A stretch of DNA of 64,000 nt, from positions 24,366,001 to 24,430,000 of the forward strand of contig OZ231126.1 of NCBI GenBank assembly GCA_965153355.1, in the 5' to 3' direction. Origin of the DNA: Flaccisagitta enflata (Eukaryota). Made by a program: the position numbers and the translations under genes. The notes below the pieces were generated by a model. That model searched no databases. It saw nothing but the letters and a program-made list of their open reading frames with translations, and was not told where the DNA came from. Below are positions 27,773 to 43,539 of the stretch, piece by piece; the stretch's first letter is position 1; every line of letters begins with the position of its first letter.

Positions 27773-29144
27773 CAGGGGTGTATATTCTTGCATATTTCCC
27801 AAAGCACTAATAAATCAAAGTGTTTGGAGATGGGGAAGGGAAAAAAAAGGGGGAAAAAGGATGCAGTCAACCTCTGAAACAATCATAAGACCCTTTGCAC
27901 TCTTTTTTTTTTATTTCTGAGAGAAATTTATAAAAAAACCTCAGCAACCAAGCTTAAGTGTACCTCAATATGTCCCTTTTTCAGTGAAACATGAATTTTG
28001 AGCCACTTCCCCTCACTAGTGGTAAGCCAGCATATGAAAGTAAATGTTTAAGAAAAGCGCTTTCTCTCATAAATTTGGTAAAAAAAGAGTTGGAGTGTCC
28101 ATCAATGCTCCTTTCTTGATATTTTTAGTTGTATCACACATGAATGATGATCCACAGAAAAAATTTCAAAAATCATTGCAGTTGAAGACCTTGAGTTCTT
28201 TAAAAATCGGGGAAACGCTGTTTTTCATATGTTTTTTACATTATCAAAGTCATTTAAGAATGAGGGCTTGAAACGAGACAAATGCATGAACTCATGAGTC
28301 AAATCAAAGCTGTGGCGCTGTAGGCTTATGTCCACTTTGATGGGTCGAACAAATCTAGACAAAAGATGCAGAATTTCTCTCTATATGTTAAGTAGTCAAG
28401 GCGCGCAGAAAACGTCTATTTACTGCACTCAAAAGAGAAAAAAAAGAAAATTTATTGAAAATATTGATTTTTGGCAATACCAAATAATAAAACCTAATTA
28501 GCACAACACAATTTAACTCTAATTAAACCTAAAATAAACAGTATTATTGCTTCATGGGGATAAAAACCATAAGTTTGCAAATGCAGGGGAGGAAAGAAAT
28601 CAAAAGCCGTGCGACTACATAAGACACAAAAACAGCCGAGTACCTGACGGCATTATCGTATTTAGCGCAACTAGCAAAAGTGGTCGGAAACAAACGCAAA
28701 ATAAGATCTGAAATAAAAAAGAAATAAGTGGAAATAGAAAAAAAATATTCGTTGTCTGGATTTGTTTACTAACGTTCGTGGATCCCAAATCAATTTATTG
28801 CACAATTTTTTGGGAAAGGCAACTACGTCAAAAAGGCTTATAACACATCTGCTACATGTAAGAGTGACATCAGGCTATCAGCAAGCGACAATGCACTATA
28901 GGCGCAGTATCATGGCATAACTTTCTTCAGACCAATCGCACTTATTTTGTGGTACATATGTCTGTAACCAGTAGTCATCGGTTTTCCCCAAATTCACGAT
29001 TTTATGGGCATTCAACCACACCGGATCAAATGTGTTTTAGTTCCTTTCTTCTAGCCCATTCCCTCCTCCCTAGACCAAAAACACTGCCAAAATACCACTG
29101 ACCTAAAACCGGTAATGATTAACCGAGATGCATATACACCCCTG
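27773..29144. mobile_element. Non-autonomous TIR element (CAGGGGTGTATA...TATACACCCCTG), probably with nested insertions
   Basis: Perfect 12-bp TIR. The flanks tatatttact and ttaatttact could be a decayed TSD. Related ends lie at ~9480-9766 and ~24160-24420. Confidence 0.65.
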
Positions 29145-32100
29145 TTAATTTACTGCTTAAACGGGCCATACTAGCGAAAGAGCCGTAAACGAGTTCAGGC
29201 TACAAAAGATGTTTACCGTGAACCGATCGGAGGATCGGAGTCGACCGAGCAAACATTTGAATTCTTTTTTTATAACTTATCAAGTAAGAAGAACTAAACC
29301 AAAGCCAGACTGTGGCTCCATCGTATTTGAACTTTACTTCATGGAACCGGAAAGATCATTGAAGGTAGGTGGATATTTTCTCGTGAAAGTTGCTATCCCT
29401 TTTCATCAGTTAGTGTTTAGTGAAAGTGTCAAGTCACATTCATTGTTTTCTAGTCTCAGCTTAGTATGAAAAAACGACAAATGTTAATGATTCTATTCGG
29501 GCTACTCATAGGGTAAAGAATTGACACGCTCAGTGAGTGAGGAGACAAGAGTTTCGAACAAGAAGATGAGGAGGAGAGTAGCTCGATTTCCACGAGCAAA
29601 TCGAGTTCCAACCATCAGCATCAATTTGTTCACTGTCGACGAAATTACTGGCTTCAAGTTCTCAAGCTACAAATTTTCTGCTTCGAGTACAACAGGTACA
29701 AGTGTTGTCAAAGAGGTAGAACAACAGTTAACATGAGTGAAAAAAATTATCTTATTGGAGTTTTTTTGGTCTACTCCACCATGTCAGTTGGTCTGTCAGT
29801 ACATCTGTCGGTCCATTGGTCGGTAACACTTTTTTGGCGTTTTAAAGCGGTTTTTGCATCACTGCCCCTTTCTACCCATACGCGACTCGGGTAACCATGT
29901 ATCTGGCCTTGTGTTGTTTTTAAATGAAACATTTAAAGTTGAGAGTGGAAGTCACTTGACTGTTGTAGAACGGGCATATTGTATTGAGTGCAAATTGTCA
30001 TTCATGGAATACCGCGCTAACTGGCACAAAAGAAAACGAAATATTTTCTCTTCGGAAAATGACAAATTTGATTTGAAAACAGATTCTGGTAGATCTTTTA
30101 AACCAATTGTATGTCATTAAGAATAGTACACTGAAAGCGCACAAAAAGATGAAAAAAAAAAACCAAAATTTGACAAATTCCTTTTGTCTCGCTTAAGTCA
30201 GGAAATGAGAAACGCATTTTTGCAAGTGAGTGTGTTTAAGTGTACATACGAGCGCAAGTTAGAGTGCGCGTGTGTGCGTGTGAATTATGACATAGATTAT
30301 GATGATAGATGACATTGATCATAGATGTACAATGATGTACATGATGATGATGAAATGCTGGCCATGACATGCAGCTAGGCCAACAATAGTCTTAGGACGG
30401 GGCAAAAGGCTAAAAGCTATCATTTTTGATTAAGCAAGAATTTTGGTTGTGCACGCGATAGAATTGAAACTCATTACAGTATCATAAAGAAAGAGTTATG
30501 AATTCATTTCACTGCAGAATCTTGCTGAAAACGGGAGGATAGCGATGATTGCCGATGAACAAATACCGCCATCAGCACTCCAGCAGTCTGCGTTGAATAG
30601 GAAATTTACGTCGACTAATGCGGAGTAAGAGCTACGCAAAGAGAGAGAGAGAGACACACACACACACACACACACACAGACACACACACAGGCATGAGTC
30701 AACTGATTTCCATGGTTATCCACGCATCATTCTTTCTCTGACCAGGAAAAGTCGGAGCCAACAAAAGAGGCAGATTCCGAAGACCTTTGTCTTATTCAAA
30801 ATGTGACAGTGTTGCTGAATAAGAAGGAAACGTGAACACTATATCTTTCCTGTGATCTTTAATTTTGCATTACTACTTGGAATGATTTAATGGACAAAAA
30901 TCTCTCGAAATTTAACTTTATTAACACATTATTTTTTTAACTTACAAGAACGACATGTTTTCTTCATATGAAACCGTAACGTGACGTAATGCGATTGCAA
31001 AGCCAGCTTGAGGTAGCTCCCTGATTATGGGAGTATTTTTCAAATTTGGCACTTCTCCGTTGTATCAATCTCAAGTACTGTTCCTAAGCTTCAATTTCAT
31101 GTGTATATCATCACAAAAAATATTCGGGAAGTGTACGACCAAGGGGGTCAAAGGTCAGGGGGTCAAGTATGATCCCCCAAAAGGGGTCAAAATTTCAAAG
31201 TGGTCAAAATTAAATTCTGATTGCAGATTTGGATTCCTCTCAAAAAAGTAGCATAAGAAAGTAGTCTTCTTTTTTTGTGTTTATCATTCTAAGTGGGTCA
31301 AAATTGGGGTCAAAGGTCAAAAACAACCCCGATCTGACCTCTCGAGAGGTCAAAAATCAAAACTCGGTAAAACACAATTCTGAGACCAGTTTTAGATCTC
31401 ATGAAAAATAAGACCAAAAATGTTATAACCATTTTTTCTTTTTCTTAAAAAATGGCTGTATAGATTGATGAAAGCAGTCAGTATCTATTTACACATTTGA
31501 AAAATACTAAAAATGGTCGATATAGCTGTAAGCTTCATGATATTTTATTGCTACATATCAAGCAAATCAACAATAAAACTGAAATAGTACCTCACAAGTT
31601 TAATTAGTCTATGAATCAAAGCAAATTACAGTATAAATATGTGATCTCATGAAACAACAAGAGAGGATGGGGGCTCCTTTTTCTCCTTGTTAGCCCCCGT
31701 CCATATCTTTTAGTGCCCTGGCCCCATTTGAATGACTTCCCTTGCCCACCTGCGAGGGACTACCCATAGGTAGTAAGTGAGGCGTCGCTCTTTGATTTTA
31801 GCATTATATGGCTTTATTTATCCCCTTGCCCTCTTTACCTATTAATAGATGGCCAATTTTAGGACTCTTACTATTTTTCTTTTATCAAAAATCGATCATC
31901 TTCCGTTTTTTAGAAAATTGTTTTAAAGAGCCTAATTTGTATATTGCAGTGGGATAAAGTATGCTGTCTTCTTTGAATTAGCTTTAATGAATTTTTGTTT
32001 TTTGTAGAATTATTAATCTGCTTTCACAAAAACTCTTACGTAACTTATGCTCTAATATTTTAATTTGTTACACCACAAAAATGTGATTTTCTAAGACTAG

Positions 32101-32545
32101 CAGGTGTTCCTTTGCAACAAGACTACTGAAGTTTTGCTGAATTCTGGGAAATCACTGAAGGCTTTTAAGGCAAAATAAAAACGGAAAGAAGATAAAGGAA
32201 TTTTGAAAAAAACAGTCATCTTGTGAGATTTTTCCTCCATATTGAGTTAGCGGAACGAGAAGAAACAAATTTTCTGTCTGGCTCACATAAGTAGAGAGCG
32301 TCCTTCACTGATTTTAGCAATTATATGACTTTATTCTAGATTCAAAAGGTTATAACTGTTTTGCACAGCAATAAAACTTTTTTTTAAAGTTGAATTTAGG
32401 TTCAAGAGATATACAGCTAAATAGAGGGCTGATAAGAAGCATGTAAGGTCGATTTCCATGGCCATTCCGGACTAATTTTACATTTTCAGATGGCAGAATT
32501 GAGTCTCAGGAGATCTAAGAGCGCTAATTTGAGGACCGAGAGAGC

Positions 32546-32555
32546 NNNNNNNNNN
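32546..32555. other. Assembly gap (10 N)
   Basis: Run of N characters. Confidence 1.
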
Positions 32556-34629
32556 GAGAAGAAAAGAGAGAGAGTCAATCGGTTTTCTTGCGGTGGTTTT
32601 GTTTCTTCTTTCGCTAATCCGGGATAAAAGAGATGCGCTGATTTGGATGCAGAGTCGATCGATTTGGCCTCTGGTCGCTCGCGCTCTTTGAATTGTGAAG
32701 GCTGTTTGAATTGTGAAGGCTTCTTGACTTTTTAGTCGCTTTGCGACTTTTTGTAGGGTTATCTCGCTTAGATTAGTTGGTTAGCTTGGTCGACTGACAA
32801 GCTGTGGTTTCATGTTGTTTTTTTTTCTTTCTCTCTCTTTGCCTCTACTGACACCCTGCTGGTACTGGATGTTATGCGGTTGATGAGAATGAAAAAAAGT
32901 CATCAGGACAAAAAAAAAAAAAAAAAAGAGATAAAACAAACATTGCGTGTACTTTTGTCAGTTTTCTTTTCTTCAGTTCTCTCTCTCTTGACTTTCCTGT
33001 TTTTCTCTGCCTCTCCCTCTCTTTTTCTGTTTTTTTTTCTTTGCTGCCTCTCTCTTTCTATCATTGCTTTGATATTTTCCGTCCCCTCATTTTTTTGGGT
33101 TGACATGCACGAGAACCTATCTGGTTTTGTTCTTTTTCTCTTTTTTGCTCTGAGGAACCTCTCTCTCGTCTCTGTCGTTGTCACTCTGACCGTCATTTTC
33201 TTTCTTCTTCTTGTTCTCCTTAGATTCCGATCTCTTTTTTTTTTCTTTTTTTTTTTTCTTGTTTGACCGCTGTGTACAAAAGTTAGTCCTCGATCTCTTG
33301 CTCTACTTATCTTGTTTTTTTTCTTCCTCTCTGACTTCTTCCTCTCCTTTCCATCGGTGTACAGCGGCGGCTTAGATACGGGAAGCGGCCCTCTTTGTTA
33401 GTAGCGGGAGATCGAGGGTAAGTCGAGGGTAAGTCAGGCTTTCACCGAAGGAAAGGCGGCTTTGATCATGAAGCTTAAATACATCCCGGCTCGATGGAAA
33501 TGGGCGCTGAGGACCGCGGGTGACCGGCAAAAAGAGAGACTACGACCCAGAAATGTCGGCGTTGCAAAGAATAACATACATCAGGAAAGACCAGAAAACA
33601 AGGACCGGCATAAAGTAAAGGCCCCAAACCAACAGGATCGTTACCGATGCGAAGCGATGATAGTCAACCACCGCGAATGGCCTTCAAAGGGGATTAAGGT
33701 GGACAACAACAGCGACCGAAAGAAGGATTATCCTCAGATTTACACGCGTTTGGAGGGATTAAGCAAAGAATTAAAGACTTGAGAACGGGTATTTGTATGT
33801 ACCTTTAATGCTTAAGCCGTTTCTTTTGGTCTCGTGACTCGTTAAGCGGAAAAAGTATGCCCAATTTTGAAAAGAGGATTTTGGAAAAACGCCTGCTTCC
33901 GGGATTTTCATATGGGTTATGTGGAAAAATTGTTTATAGTAAATGACCTATGTAAACCTTTTCACAAAAATGGCAAACTCAGATTTACTTGCTCGATATG
34001 AAATGCAAAACACTTCACACTCATCCTATTAAATACATCAACAATTCAACAAATATAAACAACATGTCCATTTTTAAACATTTGCATTTTAAACATTTGC
34101 ATGATTACGAGAGACAAGAATAGAAACATTATCCAGCCTACAAGCCCTACATACATACAAACCTTAAGTACTTTTCTATAAAACATACTAATTCTTTAGC
34201 CGCGAAATTGTCGTGGCCGTGGTTCCAATTCCATAGCAGAAGCTTGCGATGTTCTTTTGCTTTTTCTCCTCATTCCATTCTTGGTTCTTTATGCCATCTG
34301 ACGTCATCAAGACGAACCTCACTTCTTCGAGGCCCTTTTCTTTTCCAACCGAAAATGAGAAGAAAAAAAAAACCTGTCTGCGAATGAACGTTCACAGGAA
34401 TGAGAAAGTGATAAGCTAAGGGAGGGGCTAATAAAAATCTTTTTCTTGCAGTTTATTACTATATATATATAAGCTTTATTATAAGTCAACACGATGTTTC
34501 CGTATATGTATAGAAGAACAGACTCCTAAACTAATGAAGTGAATCATTTTGTTGCGCCTGTGATGCTGTGTGCCTGTCTTGCTGCATCCGTGTACTAACC
34601 TCGCAGCAAAGAAGGATCTTTACTTCTTT

Positions 34630-34769
34630 TTAGTCGCGGACACGCGACTCTACATCTTGCCGTGTCGGTCGGACCGTCCGTCGGTAACATTTTTAAATTG
34701 CGGGCGGTTTTAGCATTACTGCCCCTGTTCAACCGTCCGCGACTGTCCTGCCGTGTATCCGGCCTTGTT
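34630..34769 (-). mobile_element. Family A element, short complete copy
   Basis: tttagtcgcggacacgcgact...gccgtgtatccggccttgtt. Confidence 0.75.
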
Positions 34770-35702
34770 TCCTTAAACATGGAAAAAAAAGAATGTCTAT
34801 GACTTCTAAGTAAGGATGAGAAGGTGATTAAAGATGAAAAACGCGATTGGTTTTTGAATAATCTATGATGTGCACAAGGCAGAGAGGGAAGAAATGGTTT
34901 TCGAGATTGATGGGGGCGAAAAGAGGGAAAATGAGGGAGAGAAGGAAAGAAAAGGGAAGATAAAAAGGAAAAGAAAAAAAGAAAAAAAAATTCAATGATA
35001 CGCTTAAGGGGAAAAGTAAAGAATAAGAAAACACAAGGCACACTTATTTTTTCCTTTTTTTTTCTCTCACTCCAAGTTGTTAGCGTCGGAGGATATAGAC
35101 GCGCTTTTGATGGCCACTTGTTAAAAGAGCGAGTCAATTAAAGTAATGGTACCTCCTTGGCTCATCCATCCGTCCCTCTCCTCTTCTCGTGCCTTCCTTT
35201 CGCCACTTCGCCCTTTTCATCATTTTCCTTCCTTCTTTCTTAATACTCCTCATACCCTTCCTTCCTTCCTTCCTTCTCCCCTTATTCTCCTTCTTAGTGT
35301 TTTTCAGTCTCCCTCAACGGCCTCCTTTCCTCCACCTCACTCTTCCCCTCTTCCCCCCCCCCCACTTCCCCATTCTCATTCTCCTCATTTCTCTTCTATT
35401 TCTTTCTGCCAAGGAACCTCCCCGCCTCTTTCCCTTGTCTAACCCATTCCCTATTCCCCCATTCTCTCCCCCCTAATACCTCTTCAGTTTCTTTACCTCC
35501 TCCCCATTTTCCTTTTTCCTCCCTTTCCTTATTCTCTCTCTCTCTTCTTCCTTCTTCCTCCTCGCCCCTGGAGCCGCAATATGTGCACTTATCCTCACTC
35601 AATTAACAAACCCATTCGTCAAGCTCATATTTTTTTGCTTCCTCTTCCTTCCAAGAGTAGTAAAGGAGGAAAGGCGATATGTGGAAAAAGCTTGTGAGAA
35701 TT

Positions 35703-35838
<136 letters not shown>

Positions 35839-37793
35839 TTCAAATATGGGAGAATCATTCTAAAATCATTTTCAAGTCATTCCTTTGCCTTTTTGATGAT
35901 GATAGATTTCTTAAGAGATTTTTTTCTATTTTCAAATTGATACGATCTTTTTCTTTATTTTCTTATATTATTTATACATTGCTGTGAAGAAAAAAATTAT
36001 GATGCGTCGTTTTTTTTCTATTTTAAATGATAGGTTGCCCAATGTCCATCCATGGCAAGCTTTAAGGTTAACTCGATTAGGAAAAGTTTTTTAAAATCTT
36101 CGTGAACGAAATAAATAGATTTCTGTTACTTAGTTAAATTGGACTTCATCAATCAACGATTTGAAAAAAAGAATGATCAAAAGGATCTCGTTGTTTTTCA
36201 TTATAAAGGTTGGTATGTAGATTCTGTTTGTCTGTTTTTTGTAGCTCATAACTAATTCTGTATTGGATTTTCCTTTGATTAATCAGCTTTTTTTTGGATT
36301 CCCGTTCATATCATTGATCAATTTATGGAGGGAAACAAAATTGCTTTCTTGCTTGTCTCATATCTTGCTTCACTCTTGTCTATGAACCATGATAAAAAAG
36401 TTGAAAGTTTACTTACCTTTTATCAGTTTTCTTTCTCCAACTTATTTGAAATATTTCTTTTCTATGGCCGCGTTTAGACGTTGTGATATTGGTGTGACTG
36501 TTTTGTGTTAGTCTGTCTCTGTTTCTATTCTCTGTGTTTCTGTGTTTCTGTGTTTCTTTGTTTCGGTGCTTCTGTGTATCTATCTTTCTGTCTTTCTCTG
36601 TCTGTCTGTCTTTCTTTGATATTGGATGAATGATTTTGCTTTGGCCGTGTTGAGTTGAAGAGACGATTCTCAACAATTATCCCATTCATAAAGTCCTAAA
36701 TTCTGAAAGCGTTGAAGTCGCGTCAGTCTTAATATTCTGTTTTGAATAATTATTTCGGTTCGTTTCCTTTCTCCTCTTCCTTAAAGATAGAGAAAAAAAC
36801 TCATGCTGGAATGAAAATCGGACCAAAAAAAGGCAGAAAGAAAGAAAGAAAGAAAGAAAAAAAGAAAAAAAAAGAAAGAAAGAATGAAAGAGAGAAAGAA
36901 AAGAAAAAAATACTGAGAGGAAATTAAAAAATATCTTCTTTTCAGCGGGTCATTGGGAGAATTGATGCATAGTTATTGCCATTTTCTGTAAAATCATCGA
37001 CGAATAAAGTTTATCTTTAATTAAACGGAGTTGTTCTTCTCAACGAGGACACATAAATAAAATCACGCAGAGAAACAAGCTGGTAATTGATTAATGAGTT
37101 AATGATAAGTTACATCATAAAACAATACATTTTTCGTTTATCTTACATCAACTTTCTTACTGTTTACTCTGATGACCTGTGCTTTATCTAGACTCTACTT
37201 ATTCATTACAACCCCTAATGAGGCCTATGTAGACAATGTCCAATGGACACCTCGCCTTCTTCATTACACAAAAAGATGTTTGACTATTCTCTCAAATGAT
37301 ACGAATCATACCGCTGAACAAAGAAAAACCTTCCCATTTAAGCAACGCCATTGAAAAAAAAAATCTTAGGGAATCTCGAATATTTTCAGTAATCCCCAAA
37401 CTTTATGATTTTTTTACACCATGTCAACAAAAAGATTACCATCTATAAGGCAGTTATCATCAATTGTCTGACCCACTGTTACCGCCACCACAAATAGCAC
37501 CGTCCACCAACAGTACAACACCAACACTACCGTCCACCAACACCAAAAGCTGCCACCACTACCACTAACTAGAGTCAAGACGACAGCAGAGAGGGACTCC
37601 AATTCTCGGTCTGAGTTATAAGCTTTCTCGATGGCGAGGTTGAATTATCGAATTTTTGCCCGGACCGTCTTGTAATCACGCAAAGCTCTCATTACTCAAA
37701 GTCGAACCAGCTCTAGAGAAACAAGTCATGCCATTTTCTTTCATTAGGACGACACAGAGAGAGAGGAAAGTGGAGAGCAGAGTTAGGGAGAGA

Positions 37794-37939
<146 letters not shown>

Positions 37940-38150
37940 CAGAGAGACTGACTTTTTAACAGGGAGTGAGGCTATATCTCGTTTGTCTACTTCTAAAGCA
38001 ATTATCAAGTCAAGAAGGGAAACCAGAAATGGATTTTTAAAAGTCTTGATTTTAATAAAAGAAATTTGTATCGAGGAAAGGAAAGAAAGATCGGCGAGTG
38101 AGACAAGGAATATTTATTATATCATGGCCCAACTTCAAAAGGCCAAGACC

Positions 38151-38236
<86 letters not shown>

Positions 38237-38600
38237 AGAGAGAGAGAGAGAGGAGAAAAGAGGAGAAAAGAGAAAGAGACGACAATGATGGATGGACCAA
38301 TACAAGATCGTATTATCAATATTGTAAATCTGGAAGCCATGAACCATTAGAATTTTGCACTACTAGGAGATTGCCAAGAATTGTCAAATCATCAAATGTT
38401 GAACAGTTGAAAAAAAAGCTCATTATACTGCTTTCTCAAGTTAAGAAAAAGTCCAATTACTATAGATCATTTGGGGAGATTTGCATATATATAATTTGCA
38501 CATGATGTTGCGGAGTAGATAACTTTAATTCATAGGAATCTACCAACTCACTCAGTCAACGGTTAGAAAATGAATTATCCTTGTGTCGATAATTAACTGA

Positions 38601-39365
<765 letters not shown>

Positions 39366-39612
39366 GCGTATGAAATGGAAAAAAGAAAACAATTTGAAAT
39401 CCATAAATGACGCAAAACCAGAATTTAAAGAAGGCAACTTCTTAAACTGTCACTGGCGTCCCGGAGGCATGGGTCCGATGTTCGGTCCCCCGCCCAATCA
39501 TCCGGCTGCTCTCAATCATCCGTTCGCCAACAACTTCCCCAACCATCATTATCATCAATTCCAGCAACAATTCTTCGGCGGACAACCGGCGCCACAATGC
39601 GCACCCTATTGA
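39366..39612 (+). CDS. Hox6: Terminal coding exon of the same Hox gene: end of helix 3, KSIND peptide, and Pro/His/Gln-rich tail
   Basis: Acceptor ...catcccaacag|g completes the R52 codon (AG|G) and reads RMKWKKENNLKSINDAKPEFKEGNFLNCHWRPGGMGPMFGPPPNHPAALNHPFANNFPNHHYHQFQQQFFGGQPAPQCAPY*, the same frame as ORF 39280..39612. Confidence 0.95.
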
Positions 39613-39618
39613 TGGAGA

Positions 39619-39646
39619 AATAAAAACAACACGAAAATACAATAAA
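39619..39646 (+). promoter_or_regulatory. Candidate polyadenylation signals for the Hox transcript
   Basis: AATAAA at 39619-39624 and 39641-39646, just after the stop codon. The context is AT-rich, so chance occurrence is possible. Confidence 0.3.
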
Positions 39647-40510
39647 ACAAACATATGAAAAAAACATAGGAACAGTAGGTTGATACCGACCCCCCCAAGG
39701 AACACGTATATACGCTTTCTCTTGGCGAAGCAAAACAAAAAGTGTATACGTGAAACAAAACAAAAAAGCGCAATATATACAATTTCATCACTTTGATATA
39801 CGAAAATAAATGAATAATGAAAATTTGAACATACACATTCGACTCTGAGCGGCATCGGTGAATACTGATTTCCGCCTCCGCCCGTTTTTATCACATTGTT
39901 CATCATCTCTCATCCTTTCTTTTTCATCGAATCCAAGCTTCGTTCCGACAGACCGACCATCTCTTCCCCAACCGCTTATACAGCCCCTCTCTCTTTCTCT
40001 CGCTTTTTGGACTACAATGTCTGTTTCTCAGAAAACGCCGTCTCTTTCTTCTCATCACGCAATAACTCGTCCTAAATATAACTTCAGTTCCACGATGAGA
40101 AATAAAAACAAAACGGAGTTTGGGGGATGGGTTCATAAAGATGCAAAAGTTTACGCTACCTGTCAAGATCTTACAACGAATGGCTACTTCTCACTCGCTT
40201 TCTACACCGTGTGTAACTGTCAACGTTCTTGGAAGATTTCAACGGTAAAATTAAAGGATATCTCTCACGTCTTCGCGATGTTCATCTGTTTGGTTTTTAT
40301 GACCACATTCTAGCAACAACGACATTCGCTCCGCGGCAGACGACGTTACTGGCTGCATCTCTTACCGACGCTCCTGACGACGCGGAGCAGCGGTTACGAA
40401 GCGTCGAATGACGACGTTGACGACGATACTGACGACGACGACGATGCTGGTGACGACGACGATGACGACACTGACGAGGATGACGACGATAACGTCCATT
40501 AAAACGCCAG

Positions 40511-40597
<87 letters not shown>

Positions 40598-40824
40598 TAT
40601 TCTCTCTTAAAGCTCAAAGCGGGATAGAACGAGGGGAAGCCGAAAGATGAAGAATGAGTCTTTGTAAGTTAATGAGAATGGGAAGAGGATGAGGACGTTC
40701 ACAACTGGAAATTTGGTTTTAACGGCCTTCTCTCCCGTTTGAATTGCCTCGTCGTTAGCGGCCTTTTTTCTCTTCTTTCACAGTGCACAGGTAGCTTTGT
40801 GGGGAAATACAGTAATCAGAAATA

Positions 40825-41251
40825 CACTCTTTTTTTTTTATAAGAACCTAGTTTATAAGAACATCAAGGCTTCGAATGGCCCCAAAATCAAGAACATCTT
40901 AAGAACATACAAAGGCTTCATATCTGGAAAGAAAAATTTTGCTTAAGGTAAAATTAAAAAAACACTAAGAAAACATTTGAATTCTAGTATAATTAATATG
41001 ATATTTTATGATTTATAAATAAAGATCATGAAAATATCCTTGGACTTTAATGATTAGTATTTGTTTTAACAGTATCTAATAGAAAAATATTTACAATAAT
41101 TGAGTAATAGTATATTATAAGGTTTCCTATAGTTTACATTGTATTTAGAATTAAGAACGCTCTAAAAACATTGAAGGCTTTATTTTGTCTTGAAAATAAG
41201 AACATGAAGCCTTTGAAAAAATAATGACGTTCTTATAAAAAAAAAAGAGTG
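40825..41251. mobile_element. AT-rich TA-flanked MITE
   Basis: TA|CACTCTTTTTTTTTTATAAGAAC...GTTCTTATAAAAAAAAAAGAGTG|TA, with internal repeated AAGAACAT motifs. Confidence 0.85.
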
Positions 41252-43427
41252 TATAGAAGTAAACAACTATATCATTATAGCTGTAAAGTTTTAAGGAAAT
41301 AGATATGAAAATGTTTGGTCGCAAGCTTCCATTGCGAACAATCTATGTGTTCGAGTTTTCTCATGTTTTTTCGGCTTCCCTTCTCTCTTTCATATTTTCC
41401 CCTTTTGTGATGTCAGATTGACGCAATACCGTGTGTTTTATCCATTTTAATGAAAACGCTAGTCAAAATTTTTAGACTGGTTGCAACGCTGAAACCTGGA
41501 ATGTGGAAATGTTTTTTTGTCCCTCCTTCTTTCCTCCCCCCCCTTACCCTATTCTTCATTCATATACCATTGTCCGTCTCTTTTTAATCATTGCTTCAAA
41601 CACATGCGCTATAACGTATAGACAGTATACATACGAGGTGATAGTTATGTTTTCACGCAGTTTGAAAATGTTAATTTGCTCGAACCAGTGTATTTGCAGT
41701 GCTATGGCAACTTGGGCTGGAAAAGAAAGGAAAGAAACGAATATATGGAAAAGCAATTTGATTGTGCAATGTATATTTTGCCATATTGAACCACTGCGAA
41801 AAAGAGTAAATAACTCTCATATATTTCTTTCCCAGCTGAATGTTTGTCAAGCGTGTGGAGATTCATAAAAAAAACTCAACATTTGTCCATTGACTCAGTC
41901 TATTTTTCAGCGGAATGTCAACCCGATATTCTGTAGCCAAACCTCTCCTGCCACCAATGCTGTCACAGGGTAATGAACAGTCAAATAATAATCTTTGATT
42001 ACATATTTAAAAAACAAAGAGGTTTCTCTCTTCAAAAAAGTCATGGAATACATTGCTTTCGAAGACGTAGCAGCACTGAGACTTTCAATTCTTTCTTTTT
42101 CTCTTTTATGAAGTCATTTGGTCAAGCAACGTACATTGCATTTGAAAAAAAGTTGAGAGAGATCTTGTGAGTGAAAGATAGAATCCAAAACAAAAAATTT
42201 AAAAAAGAGAATAAAAATAAAAAAGCAAGAAAGTTAGAAAAGAAAGAAAGAGAGAACTCATGTGCTGGCGGATTTGTCTGCATGATTGCAACTCACACTC
42301 GCCCCAGAGAATGCTATATTATATTAATTTCACTTTCACCTGCTGCACTTTTGCAAAAAACAAAACCAACCTTTTTTTTTTGATCAAGCTATTGTCTATT
42401 TTCTGAATTTGTTTTGCAAGGCATTACACGGTTCCTACACATTGTCTCTTTACGCCATCATCAAATTGCCAACTTTTTTCTTATATTTACGCTCTTCATC
42501 TCCTTTTTCACACCCCCAAATTTGCCATCTTCCACCCCCGCCCTCCTTACCCTCCATTTTCGTTGTATGATATGAATAATCATTAACCTTTGCGTCTCTA
42601 TTCATTCATTCATTCATTCATTCATTCATTCATTCGTCATTTGTGTTTGTGTGTATTATTTACGTTTTCCCCGAATTTGTGCTTGTTTTATTTGAATGAA
42701 GTTGTTTTATGTTTATGTGTTTTTCTTTTTGGATTTCTCGCTTTCCGTTGCTACCAGTTCATTATAAGTTATGCCGTCATTCTATATTCTTCTCCTTATT
42801 TCTTTATTTTCACTTTTTTTGCACGTTCATTATCAGTAGAAAAGCCAATAATGATTCCGTTTGTTAGCAAGTTTCACAGCGACATTTTTATTTAACCACG
42901 CCAATAAAAAGAAAATATCAAGGATAACGAGCTGATATGAAATAATAGAATTGACAACTAAGGATAAAAGAAAAGAAGGAAACAAAATAAAAGAGGCAAA
43001 AGGTATAAAAAGAGGGGATGAAGAAAAATGAGGGTAGCCCAAATTCTGTTAGGGAAAAACGGAAAAGGCAATCAAGGGATTGTTTCAGCTCCACCGAGAT
43101 TCAATCTCAAAAGAAGGAAAAAAATCTATTTTTTCCCTTTTTTTCGTGGCTTTTTTTTTCCTTCCTTCTCTCTCCTGCACCTCCCCCGGCCTCCAATCGC
43201 ACACATTCGTTGCTGCACTAGCTGCAGCAGCAGCTACAGCAGCAACCGCCGTCGCCGCGGCAATCTGCAGCTGCAACGCCGCCGGCAGCACTCTATCTTT
43301 GTTTTTCCTCCATTGCGACCGTGAAGACAATTTTTCATAGTTTATCACATCAGCGAAGGGCTTTGCTCCACTCAGACCGAGTATCAGGAAAATATTAGAA
43401 TTTGTTGCACTTTCACTGCATGAATCG

Positions 43428-43468
<41 letters not shown>

Positions 43469-43472
43469 ATGG

Positions 43473-43539
<67 letters not shown>

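Noticed and set aside
29209-29736. Possible exons with a weak fibronectin type III-like pattern
   Set aside because: The diagnostic residues are missing and no coherent splice chain could be built.
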